Source: Paludibacteraceae bacterium
GTDB taxonomy: Bacteria; Bacteroidota; Bacteroidia; Bacteroidales; Paludibacteraceae
NCBI GenBank assembly: GCA_905234025.1
Contig: CAJOFT010000001.1
Span: forward strand, 1,042-65,041
DNA length: 64,000 bases
Reading direction: 5' to 3'
In this document: piece by piece, positions 1-8,586 of the stretch
Layout of the letters: the number at the start of each line of letters is the position of its first letter
Numbering within the stretch: position 1 is the stretch's first letter
Notes under the pieces: generated by a model
What the model was told of the DNA's origin: nothing
Database searches by the model: none
The model's input: the letters and a program-made list of their open reading frames with translations, nothing else
Made by a program: the position numbers and the translations under genes

Positions 1-1
1 C

Positions 2-886
2 AACAACCCGAACGACGAGCGTAACGGATGTCCGTCGGCAGCGTTTGAGACCGGCCGTATGGAAGATGCCGTTCCGCCACAAATTCAGCACCAGATCTTC
101 CACTCGGATGGCGCTATTGCAGGTAATGTGATTATCCGTAACTGCCTGATTGCCAACAGCTCGTATTTTGGCTTGCAGTTCAACACCCGTTGCGGTGAGA
201 TTGAGATATACAACTGCGTGATTATCTCGAACCGCTACAGCGGTGTTCGTATTGACGGTTGGGACAAAGAAGGTCAGGCTTCGCATATCAACTTCCACCA
301 CAACACGGTTGCTTTCTCATGGTGCCGCGACAAATTTATGGAAGACATGGGTTATGGATTTGAGTACATGAACAAAGTGAGCGCAGACGTTCACCACAAC
401 CTGTTCGTAGGTAACAACTATGCAGCCGTGGCTCGTACCCGCAAACTGTCGGGTCCCGATGCACCGATTGAGGCACGCCGTGTGACGAACCTGTATGATA
501 ACTACTACTTCCTGAACGCAGCCGACCTGCAGTTGCCGTCAGCCGGCGGAGGCAAATGGACCAACGTAAAGTGCACGGACATCGAAGAGATGGTGGATGA
601 GAAGACGCTCCCGAGAGCAGAGAACAACAAAGAGTTGCCCGCAGGCTCGCCGGTTATCAATGCATTTGACAAGGATTATTTGGAGGCATTTGCCAACCTG
701 AAGGTTATTTCCGAGTCTTCGAACTTCAACCCGAACAGCGCATCTAACCAGTTCCGTCAGGCAACCGGCCAAAACATGCAAGGCACCGAGATCCGCCGCG
801 TATCGATGTTCGGTAACCGCTATAATTTCGACAAAGCGTTGAAACTATTCGGTGCCATGGAAGGCTACGGTGCACAGAAGCCGTAA
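2..886 (+). CDS. Right-handed parallel beta-helix repeat protein, 5'-truncated by the window edge
   Basis: The frame is open from nt 2, with no stop before the first in-window ATG at 59, so the gene starts upstream. Coil-like repeats are present: NCLIANSSYFG, IYNCVIISNRYSGVRIDG, HHNTVAFS, HHNLFVGNNY. Stop TAA at 884-886. Confidence 0.55.
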   Translation, partial: NNPNDERNGCPSAAFETGRMEDAVPPQIQHQIFHSDGAIAGNVIIRNCLIANSSYFGLQFNTRCGEIEIYNCVIISNRYSGVRIDGWDKEGQASHINFHHNTVAFSWCRDKFMEDMGYGFEYMNKVSADVHHNLFVGNNYAAVARTRKLSGPDAPIEARRVTNLYDNYYFLNAADLQLPSAGGGKWTNVKCTDIEEMVDEKTLPRAENNKELPAGSPVINAFDKDYLEAFANLKVISESSNFNPNSASNQFRQATGQNMQGTEIRRVSMFGNRYNFDKALKLFGAMEGYGAQKP

Positions 887-887
887 T

Positions 888-901
888 TAGTCAATAGTCA
901 A
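888..901 (+). repeat. 7-bp x2 tandem repeat TAGTCAA just after a stop codon
   Basis: TAA (884-886), T, TAGTCAA, TAGTCAA. The three stops cover all three frames. Confidence 0.85.
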
Positions 902-907
902 AGAAAG

Positions 908-1804
908 ATGATTAAGAAACTATATATCATTACGTTATTGTGCTTGGGCACGTTGTGTGCTCAGGCGCAATACACGGTGAATACGGTGCCCAATCCTCGT
1001 CATACGGATGCCGAAGCATTTGTGGCGAATCCGGACGGTATTTTGTCACAGGACTGTGTGAATAACTTGACCCAGATTTCGCGCATTTTGTACGAGCAGA
1101 CCGGCGTTGAGTTGGTAACAGTCGTGCTGAACAGTATCGGTTACGAAGATGCGTTTGACTTCTCGCTGGATTTGTTTAATCTCTGGGGCATCGGCGACAA
1201 GGAGAAGAACCGCGGCGTATTGCTGTTTGTGGCGATGGAGTCGCACGACATCCAGATTCGTACGGGTGGTGGCGTTGAAGGCTTGCTGCCGGACGCAGTA
1301 TGCTGGGAAATCTATGACGAGATGGTGCCTTTCTTCCGCAAAGATGAGCCCGGTAAAGGTGTTATTCATGGAGCCGTTTCCATATATGAGCATCTGGCAT
1401 CGGACGAGGCACGCGCAGAGTTACTGCTTGACTACAAAGCTCAACCGGTGTCTGAGTCACCGTTCAAGGGCTTGTCCATCATCAGTTTGATTGTGATGCT
1501 GATTACATTGATTCGTCATTGGGCACAACCCAAATGTCCGAACTGCTCGAAGAAAGGCAGTACCTGCAAGCGTGAAGTGCTGCAAGCAGCCACTTACTCA
1601 GCAGCCGGCAGTGGCATCGCACACTACGTGTGCTCACACTGCGGGCATAAGTGGGATAAGCCTTATACGATTGCCAAACTCACTCCGCCTTCCACTTCTT
1701 CATCATCCGGTCGTCGTTCTTATGGTGGCGGCGGATATCGTAGCAGTGGCGGTAGTTTCGGCGGTGGACGCTCATTTGGAGGAGGAGCCGGCGGAAAATG
1801 GTAA
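908..1804 (+). CDS. TPM (YgcG-like) domain membrane protein with a CxxC...CxxC zinc ribbon and a Gly-rich tail
   Basis: Signal peptide ending LCAQAQ. TPM-type core GVLLFVAMESHDIQIRTGGGVEGLLPD. One TM helix (LSIISLIVMLITLI). KCPNCS...CSHCGH. Tail GGGGYRSSGGSFGGGRSFGGGAGG. Confidence 0.75.
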   Translation: MIKKLYIITLLCLGTLCAQAQYTVNTVPNPRHTDAEAFVANPDGILSQDCVNNLTQISRILYEQTGVELVTVVLNSIGYEDAFDFSLDLFNLWGIGDKEKNRGVLLFVAMESHDIQIRTGGGVEGLLPDAVCWEIYDEMVPFFRKDEPGKGVIHGAVSIYEHLASDEARAELLLDYKAQPVSESPFKGLSIISLIVMLITLIRHWAQPKCPNCSKKGSTCKREVLQAATYSAAGSGIAHYVCSHCGHKWDKPYTIAKLTPPSTSSSSGRRSYGGGGYRSSGGSFGGGRSFGGGAGGKW

Positions 1805-1842
1805 TTTGAATTTAGAATGTTTGATTTAAAATTTATTATATT

Positions 1843-2442
1843 ATGAGTAAAAAAGCTACAACAATTGTTGTTATTGCTGCGATAGCAGCGATAGCATTTT
1901 GGGCGTTTGGCAAGTACAACGCCATGGTAACTGCGGAAGAGAACGTTGAAACCGCTTGGGGCCAAGTCGAGAACCAATATCAACGTCGTGCGGACCTTAT
2001 TCCGAACCTTGTTTCGGTAGTTAAGAATTTTGCAAAACATGAGACCGAAGTGTATGAGAAAACGATGGCTGCTCGTGCTCGCGCAACGCAGATGACGATT
2101 GACCCGTCGAACGCTACGCCCGAACAACTGGCTGCTTTCCAACAAGCACAGGGCGAACTCAGCCAAGCACTCGGACGACTCATGGCTGTTGCTGAGAGTT
2201 ATCCCGAGATTAAGTCAAATGAGAACTTCTTGCAGCTGCAATCGCAGTTGGAGGGCACTGAGAACCGCATCACCGTGGCTCGTAATGCGTTCAACGAAGC
2301 AGCAAAAGAGTTCAATATCTTAATCCGTAAGTTCCCCAATAACATTGTGGCCAGCATATTTGGCTTCCAGAAGAAACCTTACTTCGAGGCTGAAGAAGGT
2401 GCCAAAAAAGCACCGGATGTTAAATCCATGTTTGAGGATTAA
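1843..2442 (+). CDS. lemA: LemA family membrane protein
   Basis: N-terminal TM helix followed by WGQVENQYQRRADLIPNLV...ESYPEIKSNENFLQLQ, the typical LemA signature. Its stop overlaps the next start (TAATG at 2440-2444). Confidence 0.85.
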   Translation: MSKKATTIVVIAAIAAIAFWAFGKYNAMVTAEENVETAWGQVENQYQRRADLIPNLVSVVKNFAKHETEVYEKTMAARARATQMTIDPSNATPEQLAAFQQAQGELSQALGRLMAVAESYPEIKSNENFLQLQSQLEGTENRITVARNAFNEAAKEFNILIRKFPNNIVASIFGFQKKPYFEAEEGAKKAPDVKSMFED

Positions 2443-3635
2443 TGGTACGTTACCTATACATAATAGTTATCGGTCTGCTGTGCGCGGTATATACCAACGC
2501 ACAGGGACTGGATGACCTTATGGGACCTGTGCCTGCAGCCGTATGCAAGGTGGCGCCACTGCCGCCTGCTATGGCAGAAGCCAAAGCCAAACTGGAGAAC
2601 GAAAAGAAACAACGCCTGATTCGTCAAGGCGACTATCTCCCGCGCTTGGATGCAAAAGTAGTAACCAACGTGGAGAAGTACGTTACCTCCGGTCAAGGGC
2701 AGTGCGCTATTGTGCGTAACGGCAACAACTACTCTATCGCAACACCGGTGCTCTCCATTCGCAACACCTCTCACGGTCGCGAAAGTGTAGAGTATAGCTC
2801 CGTGTCGTTCAATATCAAGAAAGACCGTATGTCGTATGCAATTCTGCAAAATGGCAATGCCATCGTGATTGTCAATCACAAGAACAAGACTTGCGACATG
2901 AGCGACTTTACGTTTACGACCGAGAGTAATGCGATTCGGATGAACGGCAATAAGATAGAGGTGATAGTGCCGACACTCAATATCGCAGCAGGCGATTATC
3001 CGACAAACCATAAGGTCGTATGTCGCTACAACCCGTCCGATGTCAAATACACGTTTGATATCCACATGGATTGGCGTAATTCAATATCTTGCAGCGGCGA
3101 AGATTGTGCATACAGTTTTGAGATACTGGGAAGCGACACGTTCCCCGACTTGGCATTGATGTGCGACCTTAAGACGAATCGTCTGGAGGTGGTTCATCTG
3201 CCCTTTACGTTCTATGGTGCCGGTTACAACGGTAGCAACGGCAGTCGTGGAGCGAACGGCCGCAACGGTCGCGATGAGATATCATATAAGGATAGTGACG
3301 GAAAAACCCACTATGTCAAAGGAACTTGTGCTCAACCCGGAGGAGATGGCGGTAACGGTACAGACGGTACCGATGGTGGTACTTTCCTGTTCTGTGTCAG
3401 TGAGCCACTGCTCAAACAGTTCGGACTTGAAGCCATCTCGGCTTGGGTTGACGGCGGTGTAGGCGGTAAAGGTGGCGCCGGCGGTAAAGGCGGTATACAC
3501 GGTCGCGGTAGCGGCTGTTCAGGAAAAGCACCGGACGGACGCCCCGGAAGAGACGGAAATAACGGCAGACGCGGTGACTTCTTGTATGTCGTTGCGGATG
3601 TGAATGGTTTTTATTTAAGCATGTTCGGAAAATGA
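2442..3635 (+). CDS. Exported hypothetical protein with C-terminal Gly-X-Y / glycine-rich blocks
   Basis: Signal peptide MVRYLYIIVIGLLCAVYTNAQ. C-terminal third contains GSNGSRGANGRNGRD, GGDGGNGTDGTDGG, GGVGGKGGAGGKGG and DGRPGRDGNNGRRGD. Start overlaps the lemA stop, and its own stop overlaps the next start (ATGA). Confidence 0.6.
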   Translation: MVRYLYIIVIGLLCAVYTNAQGLDDLMGPVPAAVCKVAPLPPAMAEAKAKLENEKKQRLIRQGDYLPRLDAKVVTNVEKYVTSGQGQCAIVRNGNNYSIATPVLSIRNTSHGRESVEYSSVSFNIKKDRMSYAILQNGNAIVIVNHKNKTCDMSDFTFTTESNAIRMNGNKIEVIVPTLNIAAGDYPTNHKVVCRYNPSDVKYTFDIHMDWRNSISCSGEDCAYSFEILGSDTFPDLALMCDLKTNRLEVVHLPFTFYGAGYNGSNGSRGANGRNGRDEISYKDSDGKTHYVKGTCAQPGGDGGNGTDGTDGGTFLFCVSEPLLKQFGLEAISAWVDGGVGGKGGAGGKGGIHGRGSGCSGKAPDGRPGRDGNNGRRGDFLYVVADVNGFYLSMFGK

Positions 3636-4927
3636 GACGCATTACATTTTTATTCATATTATTGCTATCGATGACGGCAGCTGCACAGCATGCTCCGTAT
3701 TTTCGTAATGCATTGACGAACATGATGGTCTATCACATTGAAGACGAGTTCGGCTACAATGTGTATGAGATCTTCAAGGACCTGCCCGCTCTGGAAAAGT
3801 TCGATAACCACGACATAAGTCTGCGTGTGATTGACAATTCCAAAGTGAAAAACGTCAAAGGCAAAGACTCCGGTTTCCACAGACAGCAATACGGCGGCTC
3901 GATGGTGCTGACCAACTACGAGAAACAATGCAACGGCCAAGCTATGCTTGAATTGCTTAATCAAGCACAAGTCGGCAAACGTATGGTTGCCAAATGGTTT
4001 GATTTGCAAGGCAGAAACGCCCAAGACGCACATTTCTCGACCAACCTCATCGAACGTCGCTCGGACTACAATGTCTCTATCGAAGATGCCGAGATGGCAC
4101 GCTATACAGTGGAAGGCGTCAATGTGATGCAAGCCATGTCTGAGGAACTGATTGAGCATTCGTTTGTCCTCGTCAGCGATATGACATACATCACAGCCGA
4201 AGACCGTGCAGAAGCCGCGAAAGCGACGCTGAATGTACTCGGAGGCATCTTTGATGCGCTTACCGGTAAGAACTACGGCGAACGTGCGGCCCAATTGGCC
4301 GGCGACATAGCCGACTCGTTCACGGGATTTAAAGTGTGGACGCACTCTTACCTCTTCCAACTGGTGTGGAACGACTCGATTGCTAACATCTTCTATGACA
4401 AGTATTATACCGAAACGCCTAATCCCGAACGTATTCAAGCGTTCCTCGCAGATAAGTCATCCTTCAAACTGGTGTACCTCGGCGAAGAGTCTGCCGTCTA
4501 TGAGAAGACACAGAAGAAAGACAAATATACTCGTACCGGCTTGCTCGAACTAATCACGCGTCGCTCTATTGATAACAATATCGCGAAACTGCAAAGTGAG
4601 TACGAGCCTTTCCGTATCAAGACGCCTATTTCTGCCGTAGAGTATGACAACAAAGGCAAACTCAAAGGCTATCGTGCCCTTGTCGGACAAAAGGAAGGCG
4701 TGTCTGAAACACGCTCGTATGAGGTGTTGGAAACCCGCATTGAGAAGGGTAAAATAACTTACAAACGCATAGCGACACTCAAACCAATAGCCAACCAGAT
4801 TTGGGATAACCGTTTCAATGCGCTTATGGAGAATGATACGGACGTGGCAACGGAAGGTACACTCTTCAAACTCGTAGGTTCACCGCTCAAACCAATCATG
4901 GCGGGAATGCTGATACGAGAGATGTAA
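3632..4927 (+). CDS. Exported hypothetical protein
   Basis: 431-aa ORF with signal peptide MRRITFLFILLLSMTAAAQ. The ATGA overlap with the upstream gene suggests translational coupling. No family recognised. Confidence 0.55.
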   Translation: MRRITFLFILLLSMTAAAQHAPYFRNALTNMMVYHIEDEFGYNVYEIFKDLPALEKFDNHDISLRVIDNSKVKNVKGKDSGFHRQQYGGSMVLTNYEKQCNGQAMLELLNQAQVGKRMVAKWFDLQGRNAQDAHFSTNLIERRSDYNVSIEDAEMARYTVEGVNVMQAMSEELIEHSFVLVSDMTYITAEDRAEAAKATLNVLGGIFDALTGKNYGERAAQLAGDIADSFTGFKVWTHSYLFQLVWNDSIANIFYDKYYTETPNPERIQAFLADKSSFKLVYLGEESAVYEKTQKKDKYTRTGLLELITRRSIDNNIAKLQSEYEPFRIKTPISAVEYDNKGKLKGYRALVGQKEGVSETRSYEVLETRIEKGKITYKRIATLKPIANQIWDNRFNALMENDTDVATEGTLFKLVGSPLKPIMAGMLIREM

Positions 4928-4960
4928 ACAGAATATTAGGAACTAATAACTGATAGAATT

Positions 4961-6370
4961 ATGAGAAAAATTGTTACTTTAATGGCTGCGTTAGTATGCA
5001 TCACAGGTGCATTTGCGCAGCAGCGTAAGGCGGACGCTCAAACCGCTCAATGGCGTTATGAGATTCAACCGGTAGTTGGCCAAGCCGCTGAAGGCACTGC
5101 CCTCGTTCGCGTTTGGACCTATTCCAAGAAAGCAGACATCGCTACCTCGCAGGCAGCAAAGAATGCCGTTCATGGAATTATGTTCATGGGCTATCCCGCT
5201 TCCAACGACGGTGCCCGCATCGCAGGTCGCGAACCGCTAATCGCCGACCCGACGATTGAAAGCCAGAATGAAGCGTACTTTAAGGAGTTCTTCAAAGAAG
5301 GCGGCGCCTTTCAACGCTATGTGACATTCGTTAAAAACGGTACTCCGGACCAAATAATGAAAGTGGGCAAAGAGTACAAGGTAGGAATCACCGTAGTGGT
5401 ACTGATAGATCAACTGCGTGAGCGTCTCGAGACCGATGGTATCATTGCTGCCGCCAGTCAAGTGGAAGGCAAAATGCCGACCATCATGGTTGTGCCTAGC
5501 AAGATTTATTGCAACAACCACGGTTGCCTCAACGAGTATGACAACCAAGGTGTGATTGAGCAGATTCCTGATTACCAAAAGGCTCTGCTGGACAACGATC
5601 TGAATATCGCTATCACCACGCTGAATGCACGTCTGACCAAACGCGGCTTTGAGGTAAAGAACCTTAGCTCGGCCCTTTCATCGCTCAAGACTGCAGCAGC
5701 AGAGAAGTCTGTCATGACCAGTATCGAAGGCGGTGCTGCTATTGCAGAGAGCCCGATTGATGTATTGCGCCGTACAGCTAAGGCGGATATATGGTTGGAG
5801 ATTGACTGGAGCACCAACACCGTGAAAGGTGGCAGTCAGAAAACGCTGACCTTTACCCTCAGCGCTATTGACGCCTATACCGACTTTGTTATTGGCGGCG
5901 TGTCTCCGACGACCAGTCATAACGAGTACAGCAGCTCGTTCAATATTGCTCTGATGATTGAATCGGCTATCCAAGGTCAGTTTGATCCGTTCTGCAAAAC
6001 CCTGGAAAACTACTTCAAGACATTACTGGTAAAGGGACGCCCCATCAAACTGAGCATCTTCGTTTGGGACGACTTTGACGGCAATCTCATGACTGAGTTT
6101 GACGGCGAAGAACTGCACGAGATTATCGAAGACTGGTTAGAGGACAACACTGTTAAAGGTAAATTCGGTTCGCCCGACCTCAGCCCGTCCGGTACCAGCA
6201 TGATTATTGAGCAAGTACGTATCCCGTTGGTGAACGCCAAAGGACGTGATATTGATCCTTCTCGCTGGGCACGTGAATTCAAGAATATGCTTCGCAATGA
6301 GCATAATATAGAGTGTAACGTATCCTCCAAAGGATTGGGAGAACTGTTAATTGTAATTGGTAGTAAATAA
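4961..6370 (+). CDS. Exported hypothetical protein
   Basis: 469-aa ORF with signal peptide ...CITGAFAQ, same strand and operon context. No family recognised with confidence. Confidence 0.55.
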   Translation: MRKIVTLMAALVCITGAFAQQRKADAQTAQWRYEIQPVVGQAAEGTALVRVWTYSKKADIATSQAAKNAVHGIMFMGYPASNDGARIAGREPLIADPTIESQNEAYFKEFFKEGGAFQRYVTFVKNGTPDQIMKVGKEYKVGITVVVLIDQLRERLETDGIIAAASQVEGKMPTIMVVPSKIYCNNHGCLNEYDNQGVIEQIPDYQKALLDNDLNIAITTLNARLTKRGFEVKNLSSALSSLKTAAAEKSVMTSIEGGAAIAESPIDVLRRTAKADIWLEIDWSTNTVKGGSQKTLTFTLSAIDAYTDFVIGGVSPTTSHNEYSSSFNIALMIESAIQGQFDPFCKTLENYFKTLLVKGRPIKLSIFVWDDFDGNLMTEFDGEELHEIIEDWLEDNTVKGKFGSPDLSPSGTSMIIEQVRIPLVNAKGRDIDPSRWAREFKNMLRNEHNIECNVSSKGLGELLIVIGSK

Positions 6371-6378
6371 TATAACTT

Positions 6379-6984
6379 ATGAAACGTAGTGTTATTATTC
6401 TCAGCGCATTGCTGTGTTCAGTAATGTTTATGCGTGCTCAAGACGCAGAAGCTGCCCCCAAGATTGAAATTCCCTTGACGGCTTATATCTCGGCCGAGAC
6501 GGATATTATGCCCGCCGCAGAGAGCCTGTTGCTCAACCGTATGCGTCAAGCTGCGCTGAAAAACGGATTGGCAGCCGTAGATAACCAACCGTATATCGTT
6601 ACCACCTCCGTCAATGTGATTGACAAACAGGTAACCGGTGGTGTGCCGGCTAAATGGGTGGTAGAACTGGAAGTGCATTTCTTTATTGGTAACGGCGTAG
6701 ATGGCACCTTGTATGCTTCCACGGCGCTCAACCGCAAAGGTATAGGCGAGAGTGAACAAAAAGCTTATCTTAGTGCTATCAAGGCTATTTCCGCCAGCGA
6801 CCGTGCTTTCAAGCCCTTCTTTGAGAAAGGTAAGAAACGTATTATCGAGGAGTTGGAAGCACTTCGCGCACTCGAAGAGGCTCAACAAGCTGCCGAAAAT
6901 GAAAATGAAAATGCCGGCGTAGCACCTTCAGACCCGTCTCCGGCTGATGAACAACCATTGGAGTATAACTTTAACTGGCAGTAA
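6379..6984 (+). CDS. Exported hypothetical protein
   Basis: 201-aa ORF with signal peptide ...SVMFMRAQ and an acidic, low-complexity C-terminus (AENENENAGVAPSDPSPADEQ). 8-nt gap to the previous gene. Confidence 0.5.
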   Translation: MKRSVIILSALLCSVMFMRAQDAEAAPKIEIPLTAYISAETDIMPAAESLLLNRMRQAALKNGLAAVDNQPYIVTTSVNVIDKQVTGGVPAKWVVELEVHFFIGNGVDGTLYASTALNRKGIGESEQKAYLSAIKAISASDRAFKPFFEKGKKRIIEELEALRALEEAQQAAENENENAGVAPSDPSPADEQPLEYNFNWQ

Positions 6985-6986
6985 GT

Positions 6987-7910
6987 ATGAGAAAGTTAGC
7001 AATTATTTTCATGGCTTTTCTTGCCGGTTGCGCATTTGCTTGTGCAGGGGAGAAAGTGGTAGATAGTTCCGGTAAACAACCTAAGTGGGTGTTTGCTACA
7101 GCGCCTGATTATATCATTGTCTCTGCGGAGTCGGCAGACATTGAGGAGGCCAAGGAGAAAGCGATGACAAAGGTGAAAAAGCAAATTCTTGCATCCATCG
7201 CAGAGAACGTTCGCTCCACTTCATCCATCAACACAACCGAACATGGTGTGAACGGCAAGTACGACATCATCGAGGATTACGAATCGGTGGTAGAGACAGA
7301 AAGCGCCCTTATTCCGTTCCTCAGCGAAGTGGGTATCAATAAGGCCGAGGCGTACTATTGGGAGAAAATCAAGAAGGATAAGAATTCTTACACATATCGT
7401 TATCACCTCAAATACCCGTTCTCGAAGTTTGATTTGATGCGTATGCTTGATGACTTCCTGGAGCGTGAAAGCAAAATTGACCAGCAAATTGAGGAGTTCT
7501 CGAATGATGACTTTACGTCCTACAATTCTGTAGAACAGATGGTTGCCCAGCAGAATAAACTCCGTACGTTCCGCACATCGCTCATGGAGCGCGACCCGAG
7601 ACGTAATACCTGCTCGAACATTGATAAGATCTACTCAAATTACATCCGCTCTATCACATTGAGACTTGTGTCCGTGAACAAAAGCGAACTGGTTTACGCG
7701 CCCTATTTCGGCGAGAAGAAACTCACGACAAACGTTCAGCCCAAACTATCGTCGAATTGTCTCGGCGACCTGCAGTACGTAGCGCGTGACGGTCAATGCA
7801 CCGTGACCTATGACTTCCAAACGGCTTGCTATGACGACGAGGAGAACTACCTCGAAGTTGTTCTGCCGCTTCCTGGAAACAAACTGAAAAACCGTTTTAT
7901 TGTCAAATAA
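6987..7910 (+). CDS. Hypothetical lipoprotein
   Basis: Lipobox FLAGC. 2-nt gap to the previous gene. Amphipathic segment EEAKEKAMTKVKKQILASIAENV resembles LPP20-type lipoproteins only weakly. Confidence 0.5.
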   Translation: MRKLAIIFMAFLAGCAFACAGEKVVDSSGKQPKWVFATAPDYIIVSAESADIEEAKEKAMTKVKKQILASIAENVRSTSSINTTEHGVNGKYDIIEDYESVVETESALIPFLSEVGINKAEAYYWEKIKKDKNSYTYRYHLKYPFSKFDLMRMLDDFLERESKIDQQIEEFSNDDFTSYNSVEQMVAQQNKLRTFRTSLMERDPRRNTCSNIDKIYSNYIRSITLRLVSVNKSELVYAPYFGEKKLTTNVQPKLSSNCLGDLQYVARDGQCTVTYDFQTACYDDEENYLEVVLPLPGNKLKNRFIVK

Positions 7911-7944
7911 AAACGACTAATTAACTTAATTATTAACCCAACAA

Positions 7945-8529
7945 ATGTATTCAATTATGAAAAGAACATTGTGGATTCTCGCAGCTGTACTCGTTATGTT
8001 AAGCTGCGGCACTGCTGAAGTGAGTGCAAGAAAAGAGAAAAAAGTGAAAATGCCTTGCCACGAGCTCACCAACAAGAAAACGCTGCGTGCAAATGGTAAT
8101 GCCATCTCTCCGCAAATGCAAAATGCCACCGACAAGGCTATTGCAGCTGCCCGTAAAGAGCTTGCTACCTCTATCGAGGCAACCGTTCAACGCGTTCTGG
8201 AAGACTTCTCGTCATCCTATGACCTGAACGAACAAGCAGACTTCCGTTCTCGCACCAAAGATCTCGCTCGTACTGTTGTTAACCAGAAACTGCAAGGCTC
8301 GGTTGTAGCTTGCCACGAGATGAGACAGAAGAAAGAAAAAGGCGGTAAGATTACGTATCATGCATACGTAACCGTAGAGCTCACCTCCAACGAGCTCATG
8401 GAGAACCTTCTCGCCAACACCAAAAAAGCTATCTCTGACAGCGAGAAACTGCGCACCGACTTCGAGTATGAGCAGTTCAAGAAAACCTTCGAGGCTGAGA
8501 TGGACAAACTTGCTGCTGCCAACGAATAA
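7945..8529 (+). CDS. Hypothetical lipoprotein (weakly LPP20-like)
   Basis: Lipobox VMLSC (alternative start at 7957, MKRTLW). Segment DKAIAAARKELATSIEATVQRV. It is the last gene before the hairpin at 8553-8586. Confidence 0.5.
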   Translation: MYSIMKRTLWILAAVLVMLSCGTAEVSARKEKKVKMPCHELTNKKTLRANGNAISPQMQNATDKAIAAARKELATSIEATVQRVLEDFSSSYDLNEQADFRSRTKDLARTVVNQKLQGSVVACHEMRQKKEKGGKITYHAYVTVELTSNELMENLLANTKKAISDSEKLRTDFEYEQFKKTFEAEMDKLAAANE

Positions 8530-8552
8530 GCCGCATAGTTTGATACTTAAGA

Positions 8553-8586
8553 ATAAGGACGTGCCATGTGTACGTCCTTATTTTAT
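8553..8586. terminator. Hairpin terminator shared by convergent genes
   Basis: 10-bp stem ATAAGGACGT / ACGTCCTTAT with a 9-nt loop, followed by a T-run. It lies between the stop at 8527-8529 (+) and the stop at 8583-8585 (-). Confidence 0.7.

Noticed and set aside
7926-7939. The 14-nt exact match TTAATTATTAACCC at 7926-7939 and 43288-43301. Both copies lie in short intercistronic spacers just upstream of an ATG.
   Set aside because: The string is AT-rich and stop-codon-rich (TAA, TTAA), in a sequence class where chance matches are more likely. With only two copies and different distances to the ATG (5 versus 15 nt), I cannot separate it from coincidence without a genome-wide count.
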